DNA from: Hydrolagus affinis
Lineage: Eukaryota
Length of the DNA: 64,000 nt
Direction of reading: 5' to 3'
NCBI GenBank assembly: GCA_012026655.1
Contig: JAAILG010000218.1
Span: forward strand, 1 to 64,000
This document shows positions 38,300 to 50,620 of the stretch, in pieces. Position 1 is the first letter of the stretch. Each line of letters begins with the position of its first letter. The translations under genes were made by a program, and so were the position numbers. The notes beneath the pieces are model-generated. The model was not told the DNA's origin and searched no databases. It saw only the letters and a program-made list of their open reading frames with translations.

Positions 38300-38910
38300 C
38301 CCACTTACTTACTTACCCCTGACGTCTGGCGCGGCGTGGTACAAAACCGTCTCAAACATGTTGACCAGTTCTGCATATTTTATCTTGCCCCCTCTGTCGT
38401 GGAGTAGAGTGAGAATAAAATCCACCTTCGGCTCCTGCGATGCCGCCGAGGTCATCCTCCCCCTCCTCCTCCTCCTTCTTCTTCGTTGCAGCGTCTCCTC
38501 CTTCCCGCTCACACCGCACTTCCGGTCGCCAACCGCGTTACCTCGGCAACGATGCAGCAGCCCGGAGGAGCTCGTTTCGTCACCGAATTACCAATATGCA
38601 AATGAGGCAGCCCGGACCACCAATCGACGATGATAAGCGTGGGAGGAGCGGGGAAAGGCAATGCGGCGCGCTGCATCTCGGGACGTATAGTTCTTTGCTT
38701 GCGTTGGCCTGAGGTGGGGGGAGGGGGGGGTGAAGGAAAGGGACTACATCTCCCAGGATGCCTGGTGCCTCCTCTTCACTCCTGCTACTCGTCCATCACT
38801 CCCAGGTTTTCCAGGCAATGGCAAGCCACGTGACTGGCGGTGAGCGTTGGCAGTTGCAGCACCTTCAGAGCCGCCCGCAGCAGGCGCCTTCAGCTCAGCC
38901 TGGCTCCAGA
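38300..38910. promoter_or_regulatory. CpG island / promoter of the Sowah gene
   Basis: Abrupt GC/CpG enrichment. ETS cacttccgg 38517-38525, RFX gttacctcggcaac 38537-38550, CCAAT at 38591 and 38620, octamer atgcaaat 38596-38603, ZNF143-type motifs 38673-38693 (-) and 38741-38762 (+). Confidence 0.75.
38317..38455 (-). CDS. sowah: Sowah-family gene, coding exon 1 (MTSAASQEPKVDFILTLLHDRGGKIKYAELVNMFETVLYHAAPDVR)
   Basis: ATG at 38455 with a purine at -3 inside a CpG island, and donor G|gtaagt at 38317/38316. Resembles the SOWAH N-terminal motif (L.FL...GG.V.N..L...F...L). Confidence 0.82.
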
Positions 38911-41884
38911 GGCAGAGAGTGAGAGAGAGAGAGAGACAGACTGAGAAAGTTTAAGTCAATACAAACAGGAAAATAATCTAATGCCTCGCGTCCATAGGCC
39001 TAACATCAAACGCAACGCGGGTAATATTTAAGGTGGCATCGAATAATGAATGGGGTCGATTGGTGGAGGTAATCATTTGCACCTAAAACCGAAAGATATC
39101 GTGAAAAGCACAAACTTGTGTAAAATCGAGGTGTGTGTCGTGATATGATTTCCAATAGCGGCCACCCCAACCCCCCCCCACCCCCACCCCAAAAAAACAA
39201 CACTGTTTGGATGGTATGGTGTGTGGCATGTTTTTTTTAATTAAAAAAAAGGTTTTCCATTCGTAAAAAAAAATGATTTAAAAGCGCATTTGCAGTGTGC
39301 GCAACGCTAAGTAATGCTTTGGCAATGGGTGTGCGCGCGCGCGCGTGTGTGTGTGTGTTCTGTCGCCTTCCAGAAGGATCGTGGTGATCGACCTTAAAAT
39401 ACAGGTATTGTTAAGAGGAGACGCAAGAATGTACTTGTAAATTTATAAACACACACGTGTAAGACCTATGTTTCAGCAATGTGTGGGGGAAAAAAAACGT
39501 TTTATCGCGAAGCAGCTTTAAAATGTGCGCATTTTTTGTTTGTTTGGGGGAAAAGTGCACGTTTTGCCAATGCTGAAATGTCTCCCAAGGTTTTTTTTGA
39601 ATAACAGTGGTCATTCGCCTGTATAAATTTAGCTCTAGTAAGAGATGATTTCTGAAAGCTGTGGAATTAAGCCTTTAATCCACACCCAGAAAAAAAAAGT
39701 AATTGAAAGTAACAAAAACGGATTATATACAGATGAGAGCAAGAACAAACGTCTCAATCAACCATTAACATAGAATAAATAATATTATCAGAGCATTGTA
39801 TTGTATGGGCAAAGAGCTTTATTATATTTATGGACCGAACACAACATTCAATGCGCAGATTAATTTCGCAGGGCAAAAGACTTTGAAAACTATCGATTTA
39901 TGAGATTGTCTACTGAGATATGGGCCTGAGCAGAATAGCTGCTATAAGCAGACAAAGAGAATTAAATAAGTCAGGATATGTTCGTGTTGAGAAATATATC
40001 TGGTGGAATCAAAGGAGATTACATCCGTTGATCGGCAGGGATTTATCCCAGTTCATATGGTTTTAATCTGCTTTCGCTTCTACCCTTTTATGAGTTTTAA
40101 AGAAGGGATACCTGGTTCGTTTATTCGCTTTTATCCACCAGTAAACACTCATTTTGAGCTTAGAGTTCAAGACAGCGAATAAGGTAGTACTAATATGTAC
40201 CGGAGCTTAAAACCACACTCCTCTTTACAGATTGGAATTCTTCCAAAAATCTGATATGATTCAAGAAATATAAAACAAACTACTGCATTGTTATATGCTG
40301 CTGAAATATTGTTTCATTTTCCATAGAGCAATAGAGCTTCCAGTGTACTTCAAATCTAATTATTTGCAGACCAACCCTAACGCCATTTGCTTGAATTTAT
40401 ATCAAGTTAAGAACCTCTAAATTACAGAAGCAAATAATTGTTTCAGCAAATCACATTGTTTAGAAACATTATAAAGCTTTGTAAAGCTTATTGTAAAGCA
40501 TTATAAAGCTTTGTAATTAAAATTAGATTTGGAGAGATGGCAGTTCGGATAGTTGTATTTATATATTATAGTTCAAATTCAAGTTAGTTTAAAGCACAAA
40601 TGACTTGCAAGTGCCTTCATTTTATGACCTGTACACCCAAAAGTTTTAGAAATAGGTTTGTCTAAAGATTACCAATCAGTTAACCTTTTTAAAATGTCTC
40701 TCTGCAGTCAACCCAATTGGGAGTAAGATATTGACTGAAGGCCCTCCTCAAGATTGCAATAAACTGGATGTGGAACTGCAAATGTATTTGAAGAATGTGT
40801 TGTGTTTTCTATCATTTTAAAATAAAATAAGCTCTGTTTAAAAAAAATCCAGGAAGGTACTGTGCTTTAATTATCCAGTACAAGGGCATTATCACCTCTG
40901 ACCTCTCATTGTGTGTTTGTCTATCATTTCAAAATTTCCTCAGTTCAGTGGCTTCAAATATTACATTTTGAATGCAATATCAGGTAAGTAGAATGAAGAC
41001 TTAGCTATGTGGTTTGAAATCAATGCAAAAAAAGCTTGAAATTTACTTTCACACAACAGTTAAAGAAAACGTCCGTTTTGATTTAGCATATATGGAATTT
41101 TAAATATCAATCTCAAATTCCAAAAGTTCATTCCTAAAATACATATATAAATTATATCTAGTATTGGTGTATTATCACCATGTAAATGTGACTGCAATAC
41201 CAATATAGTAACACGATTATTAAATATTTGTTGAGCTATATAGAATCGGCATCTACTTCAGTATTCTCTCATTCATGGTATTTGCATTTCCACACAAGCT
41301 TACATCACTCATGACTAAATGGTAACCTAATAAGTCTTCACCTCACCAAGAAGCTCTCTTATTAAAGGCACTAAAATGCAAAATTTCAAAAAGCACCAAC
41401 TAACTCTTTGACTGTGACAACCACGGCCATCAAAACCTTCAAACACCAAAAGGCTGCAACAAAGACAAAGTCTCAGAACTCACAGATGTTGTCAACAGCT
41501 GCACTACAACTGTGCAGCAGCTGGGTGAAAGGACTTCAGTGAATTTCTCTTAAGCACAAGTTAATTTTCCAAAACTATGCATGCTCTGAACAGGAATTAC
41601 TCTCATCAGAAGTGTGTGGACCAGTTAAAACTCTGTACATATTGTTGCAGCGTATTGCCCTTAAAACAAACAAGAACTAAATAATGTAGGGTTGTAAAGT
41701 AGAAAGAAAACAAAGTGTTCTTTAAACAGATGACTTGCACACTTGACACACAAAATGCAATAGCTTAAGGTGTACCACAGCTAATGAAAACAAATCATGC
41801 TTTCGTTTCCTTCAATGAAAGGAACGTGTATTCGTCCTATTAGCAGTTTCTTTGGTTAATATGTGTATCTATGTTAGTAATTTA

Positions 41885-41932
41885 GCAGAACAGGCTCGAC
41901 AGGCTGAATGGCCTACTCTTGTTGGAATGTAC
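41885..41932 (+). mobile_element. CR1-type 3' tail remnant
   Basis: gcagaacaggctcgacaggctgaatggcctactcttgtt. Confidence 0.7.
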
Positions 41933-43739
41933 TTATTTTAGTAAAACCTTCCTATTGTCGACAGATTAACCTCGGTGCACAATGGACTTCAGTGTCACAT
42001 TAACAAGCAATAGATACTGTTCCCTAATAATGCCACAAAGTACAGGTTATAATGGCTACTGAGAGCATGGTGTCCACAGATTGCTTATAATCCACTACAT
42101 ACTTATTAATGGCTGCAGGCCTACTGTGAATCTATGGTTCTTCTCTGTGTCCAGCATTCCAGTAATGTGGATGCTTGCTGAGATTCACTGGAAAGGCTTG
42201 AGGATTCCCCCCACACCAATTAGTTCAGCTTCAAACATCCAAAGTAAGAAGTATGCCATTGAAAACCTGATATAAAGTGTGGTGTCAGTTCCCAAGGGTA
42301 TAATAAATCCAACATTAACTGCAGTTTTAAGGTAAGATATTGCTCATCAGGTTACAGAAATTACTTGCAATGTCCTCAGCCTTCAGTTTCAGGCATTATA
42401 ACAGATGTTCAATCATTTGTGTAACCCTAGAATCAATACTTTACTGCTGTAGCCCTCAAGTACAAGTAACATTTGTATAATAGATTTGTACCAGAGACAA
42501 GATTTGGGGTTAATATGGACTTCAAGTTCACATTGCCTTCTGAGGAGCATAAATTCTGAACCTCTGAAACTCAAATGTTAAAACGAGATCGCAAGTCAAA
42601 CTCATTGTCGTTTTTACTCATGGAACTCAGCACGGGTGAAAGAAATGGCTCTATAAATTTATAGAATTACTTATATAATGATTTATCATATGCTAAAGAG
42701 ACTAGGCAATTAAATATTAGCCATACACATCCTCAACATAAGCCTGTCTCAGCCTTATCTTCTCCCTAATATTCTACCACGATTGCCTTGTCTTATTAAT
42801 ATCTAAATAAATGTTCAACTTTGATCAAATTTACTTAGCGAGAAAATGAGCCCATATTAACATAACATAGGTATGCAAGAGGAGAACAATTTATTCCAGT
42901 CGTCAGGGATTGTGGTTGCCGTTTTATTTTGGAGTTAAATTTAAGTTGAAAACAGTAACCCATTACAACCCTTTATGCAAACATAGCTTGTACCTTTCTG
43001 TTAACAATAACCTGGGTTTTATTGCTTGTAATGTTACTTATTAAAGACCGGTATTCATTGGTGACAATAAGCGAGCATTAGTGAAAAGGGAGTTTCTCAT
43101 ACTTTATGGGGTTTTCAGCCAAGTACAGTATATGTTATAATTACAAAGAAATATATATAATGTACATATAACAACTATATCATCAACTGCAAATCATTCC
43201 TCAATATTTTTTCAGTAATGACAAAACAGTTGTTAATCCTTCAGTGTGAACCTCATTATCCGTCAGTGATATGGACTGCACTGGCAGCTGCTGGCAGAAC
43301 AAAAAACAGACCTGAAATTGAATCAAATCACCATCAAATTAACCGTATATGCTGCTAACAGCATATAAAAATAATACCCTGGAGTGATTTCTAGGCAATA
43401 ACATGATCTCTGGGTTCAGGAGACTGCTTAGTGGCATTTTATGACATTAGCTGCACCCCTAGATTAGGCAATGCAAGATCTGCAATTGTCATTTTAATAC
43501 CTGGAAATGTTACGATGAACAAACGTCCCGATTTAAACATCTACGTGTAATAGATATACATACACCTGTAACGCCGAACAATAATCATCCCTCCTATTCA
43601 ATCTGAAATTATTTGAAAGATTAATTTACGAAAAAAAAGCTTGTTTCCAGTGCGTCCGGCTTGTATTTCGAATAAACTCATATGGTTGTGCTATGATTCG
43701 TCGGGCTCCTGTCACGTACAGTACTGTATTAGCAAACTA

Positions 43740-44196
43740 AGTTAAGTTGCTGGAGCCTGGTAGAAGATTGCCATCCAGGGGCCGGCGTACTTGAGCCTTG
43801 GAATGAGGCTTTTTTTCCAGTGAGAGAGAGAGAAAGCCTCTCATTAGGTTGGTTTTGGCACCCCGTCAGGCTGCTTGCCTTTCTTCCATTGACAACACCC
43901 TGATAGGAGGAGCTGCGAGTGCGTAGAAGGCGTCAGAAATCCTCAATTTCTAACTTGCATCTTGCAGGACCTTCTCTAAAGCAGCCCCATCCAAAGGAAA
44001 ACTTCTGCAAGCAAGTAAACACTGAGTGGGAGAGTCAGCTCAGCAGCTGACAGACAGCACAGACCAGGCAAGCTGCCGGCCGCTGCTCTCTGTGACTGCC
44101 GATCACACCAGTCACACAAAAACCTTTGGAAATATCGACTGTTGATTTTTTTCTCTCTCTTTTTATATATATATTATATATAAAAATCTTAAAGCC
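43740..44196 (+). promoter_or_regulatory. Irx5 proximal promoter / 5' UTR
   Basis: Repeat-free, CpG-containing sequence immediately upstream of the Irx5 ATG. The TSS cannot be determined from sequence. Confidence 0.55.
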
Positions 44197-44433
44197 ATGT
44201 CGTATCCTCAGGGCTACTTGTATCAACCGTCAGCTTCTTTGGCTCTTTACTCGTGTCCAGCTTACACTACGAGCGTCATATCGGGACCCAGGACGGATGA
44301 ACTTGGGAGATCTTCCTCGGGCTCTGCTTTCAGTCCTTACGCCGGATCTACAGCCTTCACAGCCGCGTCCCCGGGTTATAACAGCCACCTCCAGTACGGT
44401 ACAGATCCGACCGCCGCCTTCACTTCCTACGTG
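44197..44433 (+). CDS. irx5: Iroquois homeobox 5, exon 1
   Basis: [54 protein letters not shown]..., near-identical to the vertebrate IRX5 N-terminus. Kozak gccATG and donor GTG|gtaagt. Confidence 0.97.
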
Positions 44434-44884
44434 GTAAGTTCTGCTTTTCTTAAGACACCATATTTACAATGTATTCATTATAACTCTTCCACATGACATA
44501 CTTGGTGCCTTCCCCCCCCCTCACCCCCCACCACCCCCAGTGATCTTTCACCAGCTCACATCTCTCTCTCTCTCCCTCTCTCTCCCTTTCTCCTTTTTTT
44601 TAAAAGAAAAAACTTTTTGTTTTAGTTGCTGCAGTCTGGTGTTTTATTTGATACGATTCATTTCGTGTCCAGATCAGCGCCGTGCTTTTTTTTAATTGAA
44701 AAAATCATAAATGTCATTGAAAAAAAACCCTGTAATGGAATCGCATTCGGCTAGCCCTCGTTTTTTCTTAATGTTGTTTAAATGGTTATTTGCACTAACT
44801 TATACGAACACTCACAGACTAAACGCGTTTGCTACCGACCAATGTGTTTTTTTTTAGTTTTGACGGGTGTTTGTTGTGTCTCAG

Positions 44885-45290
44885 GGCTCTCCCTATGACC
44901 ACTCAACGGGAATGGCTGGATCTATAGGATATCATCCCTACACAGCTCCTTTAGGCTCTTACCCCTATGGTGACCCAGCTTACCGAAAAAATGCCACCAG
45001 AGATGCGACTGCCACTCTCAAAGCCTGGCTCAACGAGCACAGGAAGAACCCCTACCCCACCAAAGGCGAGAAGATCATGCTGGCCATCATCACCAAGATG
45101 ACCCTCACCCAAGTGTCCACCTGGTTTGCCAACGCCAGGAGGAGGCTGAAGAAGGAGAATAAAATGACTTGGACGCCGAGAAACAGGAGCGAAGACGAGG
45201 AAGAAGAGGAGAACATAGATCTGGAGAAAAACGACGACGACGAGCCGCAGAAGTCATTAGAGAAGGGCAACTCGTCGGAAGCAGAGTCAG
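44885..45290 (+). CDS. irx5: Iroquois homeobox 5, exon 2 (TALE homeodomain + acidic tract)
   Basis: Acceptor tctcag|GGC; [60 protein letters not shown]; donor CAG|gtgaga, phase 1. Confidence 0.98.
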
Positions 45291-45708
45291 GTGAGAAGTG
45301 GATGAATATTTTATTTTAAAAGTCATTTCTAATCAGGACGCAGAATTGATCACTTGTTAACGATGGCTTATTATTTATAATGCACATATGTGTGCGGATA
45401 CTACGCACCGATTTTCGTTTGAATCTTAATTATGTTTGACCTACACGTGCCTACAACCTAAAATAGGTTCATATAAGGGGGAAAGTAGATTCCTGTGTCT
45501 GTGCGTGTTTAAAAAAATCATAATCAAACTGCTAGAATTCCTGCTGCATTAAGAAATAAAACTCTCCCGCAGTTTTGAATGTTCCACTGAAGTAGTGTGA
45601 AATAATGTATTTCAAACTAAATGGTTGCCTCTATTTTATTTCTTTCTCTCTCTCTCTCCCCCCCCCCACCCCACCCCGCCCCAACACCCCCCAACGGATT
45701 GGAAACAG

Positions 45709-46454
45709 GAGATCCGAAAAGCAACCTGGTCGAAACTCCCTGTGAAAGATATGAAGATGAAGAACCCAACAGTAAAGAAAGTGAACATATGATTAGCGAT
45801 TCGGAGTTAAAAGACCCCGAAGAAAGGGAGAGCTCAGAGTCGCCCAAAGCCACCACTTCTTCTTCTGTTTCCTCGCTGCTGGTGCCTCACAGAGCCGAGC
45901 TCTTGCAAGAAACCAACGACCCTCAAGTGGAAAACACACATACAAAGCCAACTCACCCCCCAACTCACAACACGGGCTCCAGCAATGTGACTTCGGTCAT
46001 CCATTCCACTCCGGCAGCCACCTCCTCCTCCAAGCCCAAACTCTGGTCTCTGGCCGAGATCGCCACCTCGGACAAGTCGAAAGAACAGAGCGAGCCACAG
46101 CAGAGCGTGTGCCCGGGTCAGGGCTGCCCGGGTGCCGTGTCGGCCAGCAACTCGTCCCCGTCTCACTCCCCCTGCCCTTACCCGAACAGCGCTGTGCTGG
46201 GCCGCCCTCTCTACTACACCTCGCCCTTCTACCCCGGCTACACGAACTATGGCAGCTTCGGGCACCTTCACAGTCACCACGGAAGCGGCTCCAGCACGCA
46301 TTTCTCTTCCAATGGATTAAGCCAGACTGTCTTGAACCGAGTAGAGACTCTGGTAAAACTCAGTCCTGAGATTAAAACAAAGAGCCCGGCACAAATAGAT
46401 CATTGCAAGGACACGTCATCTTTTGATTTGAAGAAAGGTATGTCGAATATTTAA
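45709..46454 (+). CDS. irx5: Iroquois homeobox 5, exon 3 (IRO box, stop)
   Basis: Acceptor aaacag|GA matches phase 1. IRO box KPKLWSLAEIATS and IRX5-type C-terminus LKKGMSNI*. Total CDS 1389 nt = 462 aa. Confidence 0.95.
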
Positions 46455-46961
46455 TTTTGGTTCTTCGTCGAATCTCTGGACTCTATTTATTATTTTTTTC
46501 CCATTTTGGCAAATTATTTTCCCATCAAGATACTTTTTAAGTAACAAAAGAACTTTTAGTTTCTGATATGTTTCGAGCGGTTGATTCCAACTGATCGTAT
46601 GTAACATGTCAAATGTCTTAACCAACCAACCAACCCACCAACCACGAGTTAATTTGTATCAAGACTAATTCTGTATATTTAATGTAGCATTTTTGTATTT
46701 AAAAAGGATAATACAATCTCTTTGAAGTAAATTATGAAACGAGTCTCTTGTACAGACATTATTGTTGTTCTTTCGTAATATATATAATATAAAGCTGTGT
46801 TTTTGAAAAAAAAACTGTTTCATAGTCGAGACGATGCAAGTTTAATTTATAATGGAAGCTTTTGTTCCCTTTTCTTTTCTCGGATGTGTGTGTTTTTTTT
46901 TTAAAAAAAGGTTTTAACAGGACAAAAATACAAAAAATTAGACTTACTAGTGAGAGGGAGA

Positions 46962-46967
46962 AATAAA
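46962..46967 (+). terminator. candidate polyadenylation signal of irx5
   Basis: AATAAA about 510 nt after the stop, following an AU-rich 3' UTR. Confidence 0.5.
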
Positions 46968-49900
46968 TCAATCAATCCAAGGCGCCGCAGTTGAATATGT
47001 ACATATTTAATTAAAACAGTTTTAACTTACACATCCAGGCAACATTGATTATCATTTTGCTTTTGTTTTAAGTATTGACAGGCGTGTTTTTTTTAGGAGG
47101 AGAAAGAAACAAGACACACACACACACACACAAAGCGTGGCACCTTCGCTATGCAGCTGGTACTTTGGAAGAACTGGCTGGAATAATAAGTCTACAACTA
47201 AAGTGCCATCCTTTAACCTAATTACATCCAATCAGTGTCCTGTTTTATGCAAAGCAATCAGCTGGTGAACTTTGCTAATGAGTTCGATTTTATGCCAAAT
47301 TTAGTCCTCATTACTGTCGCAAACCAGCACAGCAGTGCTGTACGTGAGGCGGTCAGAGCTGAATCCATATTGACACCCATGCGAGGTAATCTGGCCTGTG
47401 CTCTCTAGCCCTCCAAAGTTACTGTCGTTTACAATGTAAATTCACTCAATTTGCCCGTGTTTGGCATCGGCTTTTCTTAGGCTTTTTGCTGCTCTTTATT
47501 TGTCCTACACCCCCCACCTCCCCTTCCCTCCCCCTCAGTGTGGGTGTGTGTGTGTGATACTGCAAGTCTATTCAGTTAAAAGAAATGTTGACTTGAACTT
47601 TTCCCAGATTCGCAGGTAGGTGTCACACTTGTTCTGAACAGAAACCTTCTCACTTTCAACTAAATGCCCCCCAAAAAGGCTCGTTTCCCTCCTTTCTGAA
47701 TGAAGTACCACAATTTTTCTCCACATTTAAAACCCTCTAATATTCTCTAAATTCGGGAGTTAAAAAAATTAGTAAGACACTTTGAAAATATATACACCGT
47801 GTATATCTGTATACACAGTATATACTGGAAACAAGGATCATCTTATTTGTTAGGAATAATTTCATTACAATCCAAGTTCTGAAAAAAAAGGCACTTTATT
47901 TTGAAGTGTGCTAACCACGAAATCCAGAATTGATTAATTTTTTTTTGGGGGGGTGAAATTCTGTCGTCAGTGTATCGAGTGTACTGCAAGTAGGAAAAAA
48001 AATCGTTGAATTGTATTTTTGTAAGAACTATACCCAGAGCTTTTACTAATTTATGCGGCTGTTTTTTTTTGCAAAACAATGGACTCGGAAATGTTTGTAA
48101 ATAAAAGAAAACTCAGCCTGATTTTTCCAAATGCGACTCGATGCTTCCTGTTTATGCTTCTGTTAGGTTTGATTCAGTCAGTTCATCTTAATTCTAAAAG
48201 ATCAACAGATTGAGAAATGAAATATTAATGCCAGATGTCTCTGATTATTTTCGCTGCAGAAAAAAATGAGGTGGGGGGTGGGTGGGGGGAGCGAGAAACG
48301 AACTCATTTATGATGGCAATTAAACCGAAAATGTCAGCTCCTTTTCCGTCAATTGAATTTAGTCAGCAAACCCATTAAATTTTGTATAACGACGCTTCAT
48401 CTCAATCCAGAGGCTTGATGTATCTGGTAGTTTGGTGCAAATGAACCGCTGGAAGTTTTTTTTTGCACTTGTCACGTATATTTTCCAAAGGTAAAATTTG
48501 CTTAGGTAAATTTTCATTTCAGGAGTGTTTTAACAAGCAATCAGACGGGAATAATTACATACGTTGGCTGTCAGACTAATTGAACAACGGTACGTTTAAT
48601 AAATTAGCGGATTTTCCAATCAATTACATTTATCAAATCTTCACGTGGTTTTATACACATATATAATATATGCTAGAGGAGAGCAGGCAGCGGTTTCACA
48701 ATGAAAACACGGATAATACAATTTTATAGTTTAAAAAGTTTTAAAGCTAGGCATGTTTGTCTTGTCTGCTTCGCATTTCTGTTCATTGTCACACTTGGGA
48801 TTATTTTTCTTCGAGTTTATATACAATCAGATTTACAACGGCCCTCGCTCCACCAACAAGCCACAATCTGCCTGCACTCAAGATGCACGGGGCGGTTTGC
48901 TGCTGCAGTGAGAAAACACACAGACATTTGCTAAAATTATTCATAAAACGACACCGCCAAAGTCCTCCTAGAACAAAAGATTGCAATTTGTCATCAAACG
49001 CCTGAATCACACCGAGCTAAAGTTACCCATTTATACCAAAGTTATTTTTTTAAATAAAAAAGATTACATTATTTAGCTTCTGCCCCCCGCCCCCCCCCCC
49101 ACTCCACCCTCAACTCACACACACACTTTAAAATACTTATGAATGGCTTTGCCATTAACCTTATTTAATTTCGTCTTTTTTAGTCTTTCAGTAAATAGTC
49201 GGGAATGTGATTCGTGGCTGGGGGGGGGTGGGGGGGGGGCATATAAATACTCACGTAACACTCCTAAATGTGCAGAGTCTCTCGAACATTCACACAAGAA
49301 CTTCTATTTTTATCTGGCGTTAAAGTGTGAGCGACACAGGCGCGATTGCAATATATCACCAGCCTCCACCATAATTATTAGTTTCTCTTCGCCTCCCCCT
49401 CCATCTGCCTGTTTCACTCGTAACTCCCCCTCTCCTTTTTTCTGTTTACAAAATAATCAATATCTTAAAGTTACCAACACTTTCAAACAAGGAATTAGTA
49501 GCAAACTACTTTTTTTCTCCCAAGGAAACTATGTAAATTAGTCGTGTGACTATGATGTCTATTTTAGGAATTAAATTAATCTTTACTTAATTTTAAAGGA
49601 TTAGAGATTTACAGGCGGCGTTATAGGATTATTTTTGATTTTTTTTCACAAAGAAGCGATCTTTTATGAGTTGCTGAAGTGCATTAGCGCAGATTTAGAA
49701 CTGTTATTTCTAATGTTCTACACACAAGTCCAGTCCATGGCAGTACTATACTATTCTGCGCAGGTATCAGTGCCGGTTACTTGGTGGTTTGGATTAAAAT
49801 GGTATGGGTATTGGGGTCATAGCCCAAGGTTGGAATTTACATATAAAATCACGCGAGTCTTCCTGCGGGGCAACGTTTTATATTAACAGTAAGTTGATAA

Positions 49901-50399
49901 CTAAATACATATCAATAATGCCCAAGTGTGTGTATGTGTGTGTGTGTTTCCTCAACGTTTGCCAATATGTTACTGCTCAAACCTCTTGCCCACTCACCCA
50001 AACATAAAGGGAAAAAAAAGATTGGCATAATCTGATTTCATGTATTTTGGTTCAAAGTTAAATTGTTATTTGCTGGTAACACTACTGTTTATAACAGGTA
50101 TTGCCTGTGTGTATCATATATAGAACTACCGAGGCATGCCCATACACAAATGGCTGTTTAATTAAGCGTGTATTATCTGTTTACCCAGATGGGCGTGTGT
50201 AGCACTTCTACATGAGTGTGAACGCACGTTACGTCCCTGTTTGTGTTACGACCTTACAACTCTGGTCTGTCACTAACTAATGCTTTCGTTTTGCCGGTTA
50301 TACGATCTAACTGTTTTCTGTGCAGGTACCGTTCTAACCCTACATGCTGTTTTAGTTATTTTAAAGCAATTACAAATTTGCCCGCATTTCAGGCAAGAA

Positions 50400-50582
50400 T
50401 AATGATAATAAATAATAATAATCCTTGCATTTTGATATAACGCTTTTCACGTCTTCTGGACCGCCCCAAAGAATATACTGTGAAGTGAATTGACTGTATA
50501 CTTGTGGGCGAAACGTGGCAGCCCATTGCGCACAGCAGTGTCCCACAAACAGTCGTGGATTGAAATGACCAAATTGTTATTA
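50400..50582 (-). mobile_element. Deu-domain SINE, 3' part
   Basis: (aat)n ccttgcattttgatataacgcttttcac...cgaaacgtggcagcccattgcgcacagcagtgtcccacaaacagtcgtggattgaaatgacc. Confidence 0.9.
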
Positions 50583-50594
50583 TTAATCGATGGT

Positions 50595-50620
50595 TATATA
50601 TATATATATATATATATATA
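50595..50620. repeat. (TA)n microsatellite
   Basis: Direct observation. Confidence 0.95.

Noticed and set aside
38456-38512. GTG-initiated poly-Arg extension of Sowah exon 1
   Set aside because: Arises from a (GAG/GAA)n tract in the 5' UTR; the downstream ATG is the better start.
38590-38765. Octamer + ZNF143 as a snRNA-type distal element
   Set aside because: No recognisable PSE or snRNA body nearby; better explained as the Sowah promoter.
45621-45708. ORF-track N-terminus MVASILFLSLSLSPPPP... on irx5 exon 3
   Set aside because: Intronic polypyrimidine/C tract upstream of the acceptor at 45709.
45834-46301. 155-aa antisense ORF and other overlapping ORFs on irx5
   Set aside because: Shadow frames of GC-rich coding sequence with no independent signal.
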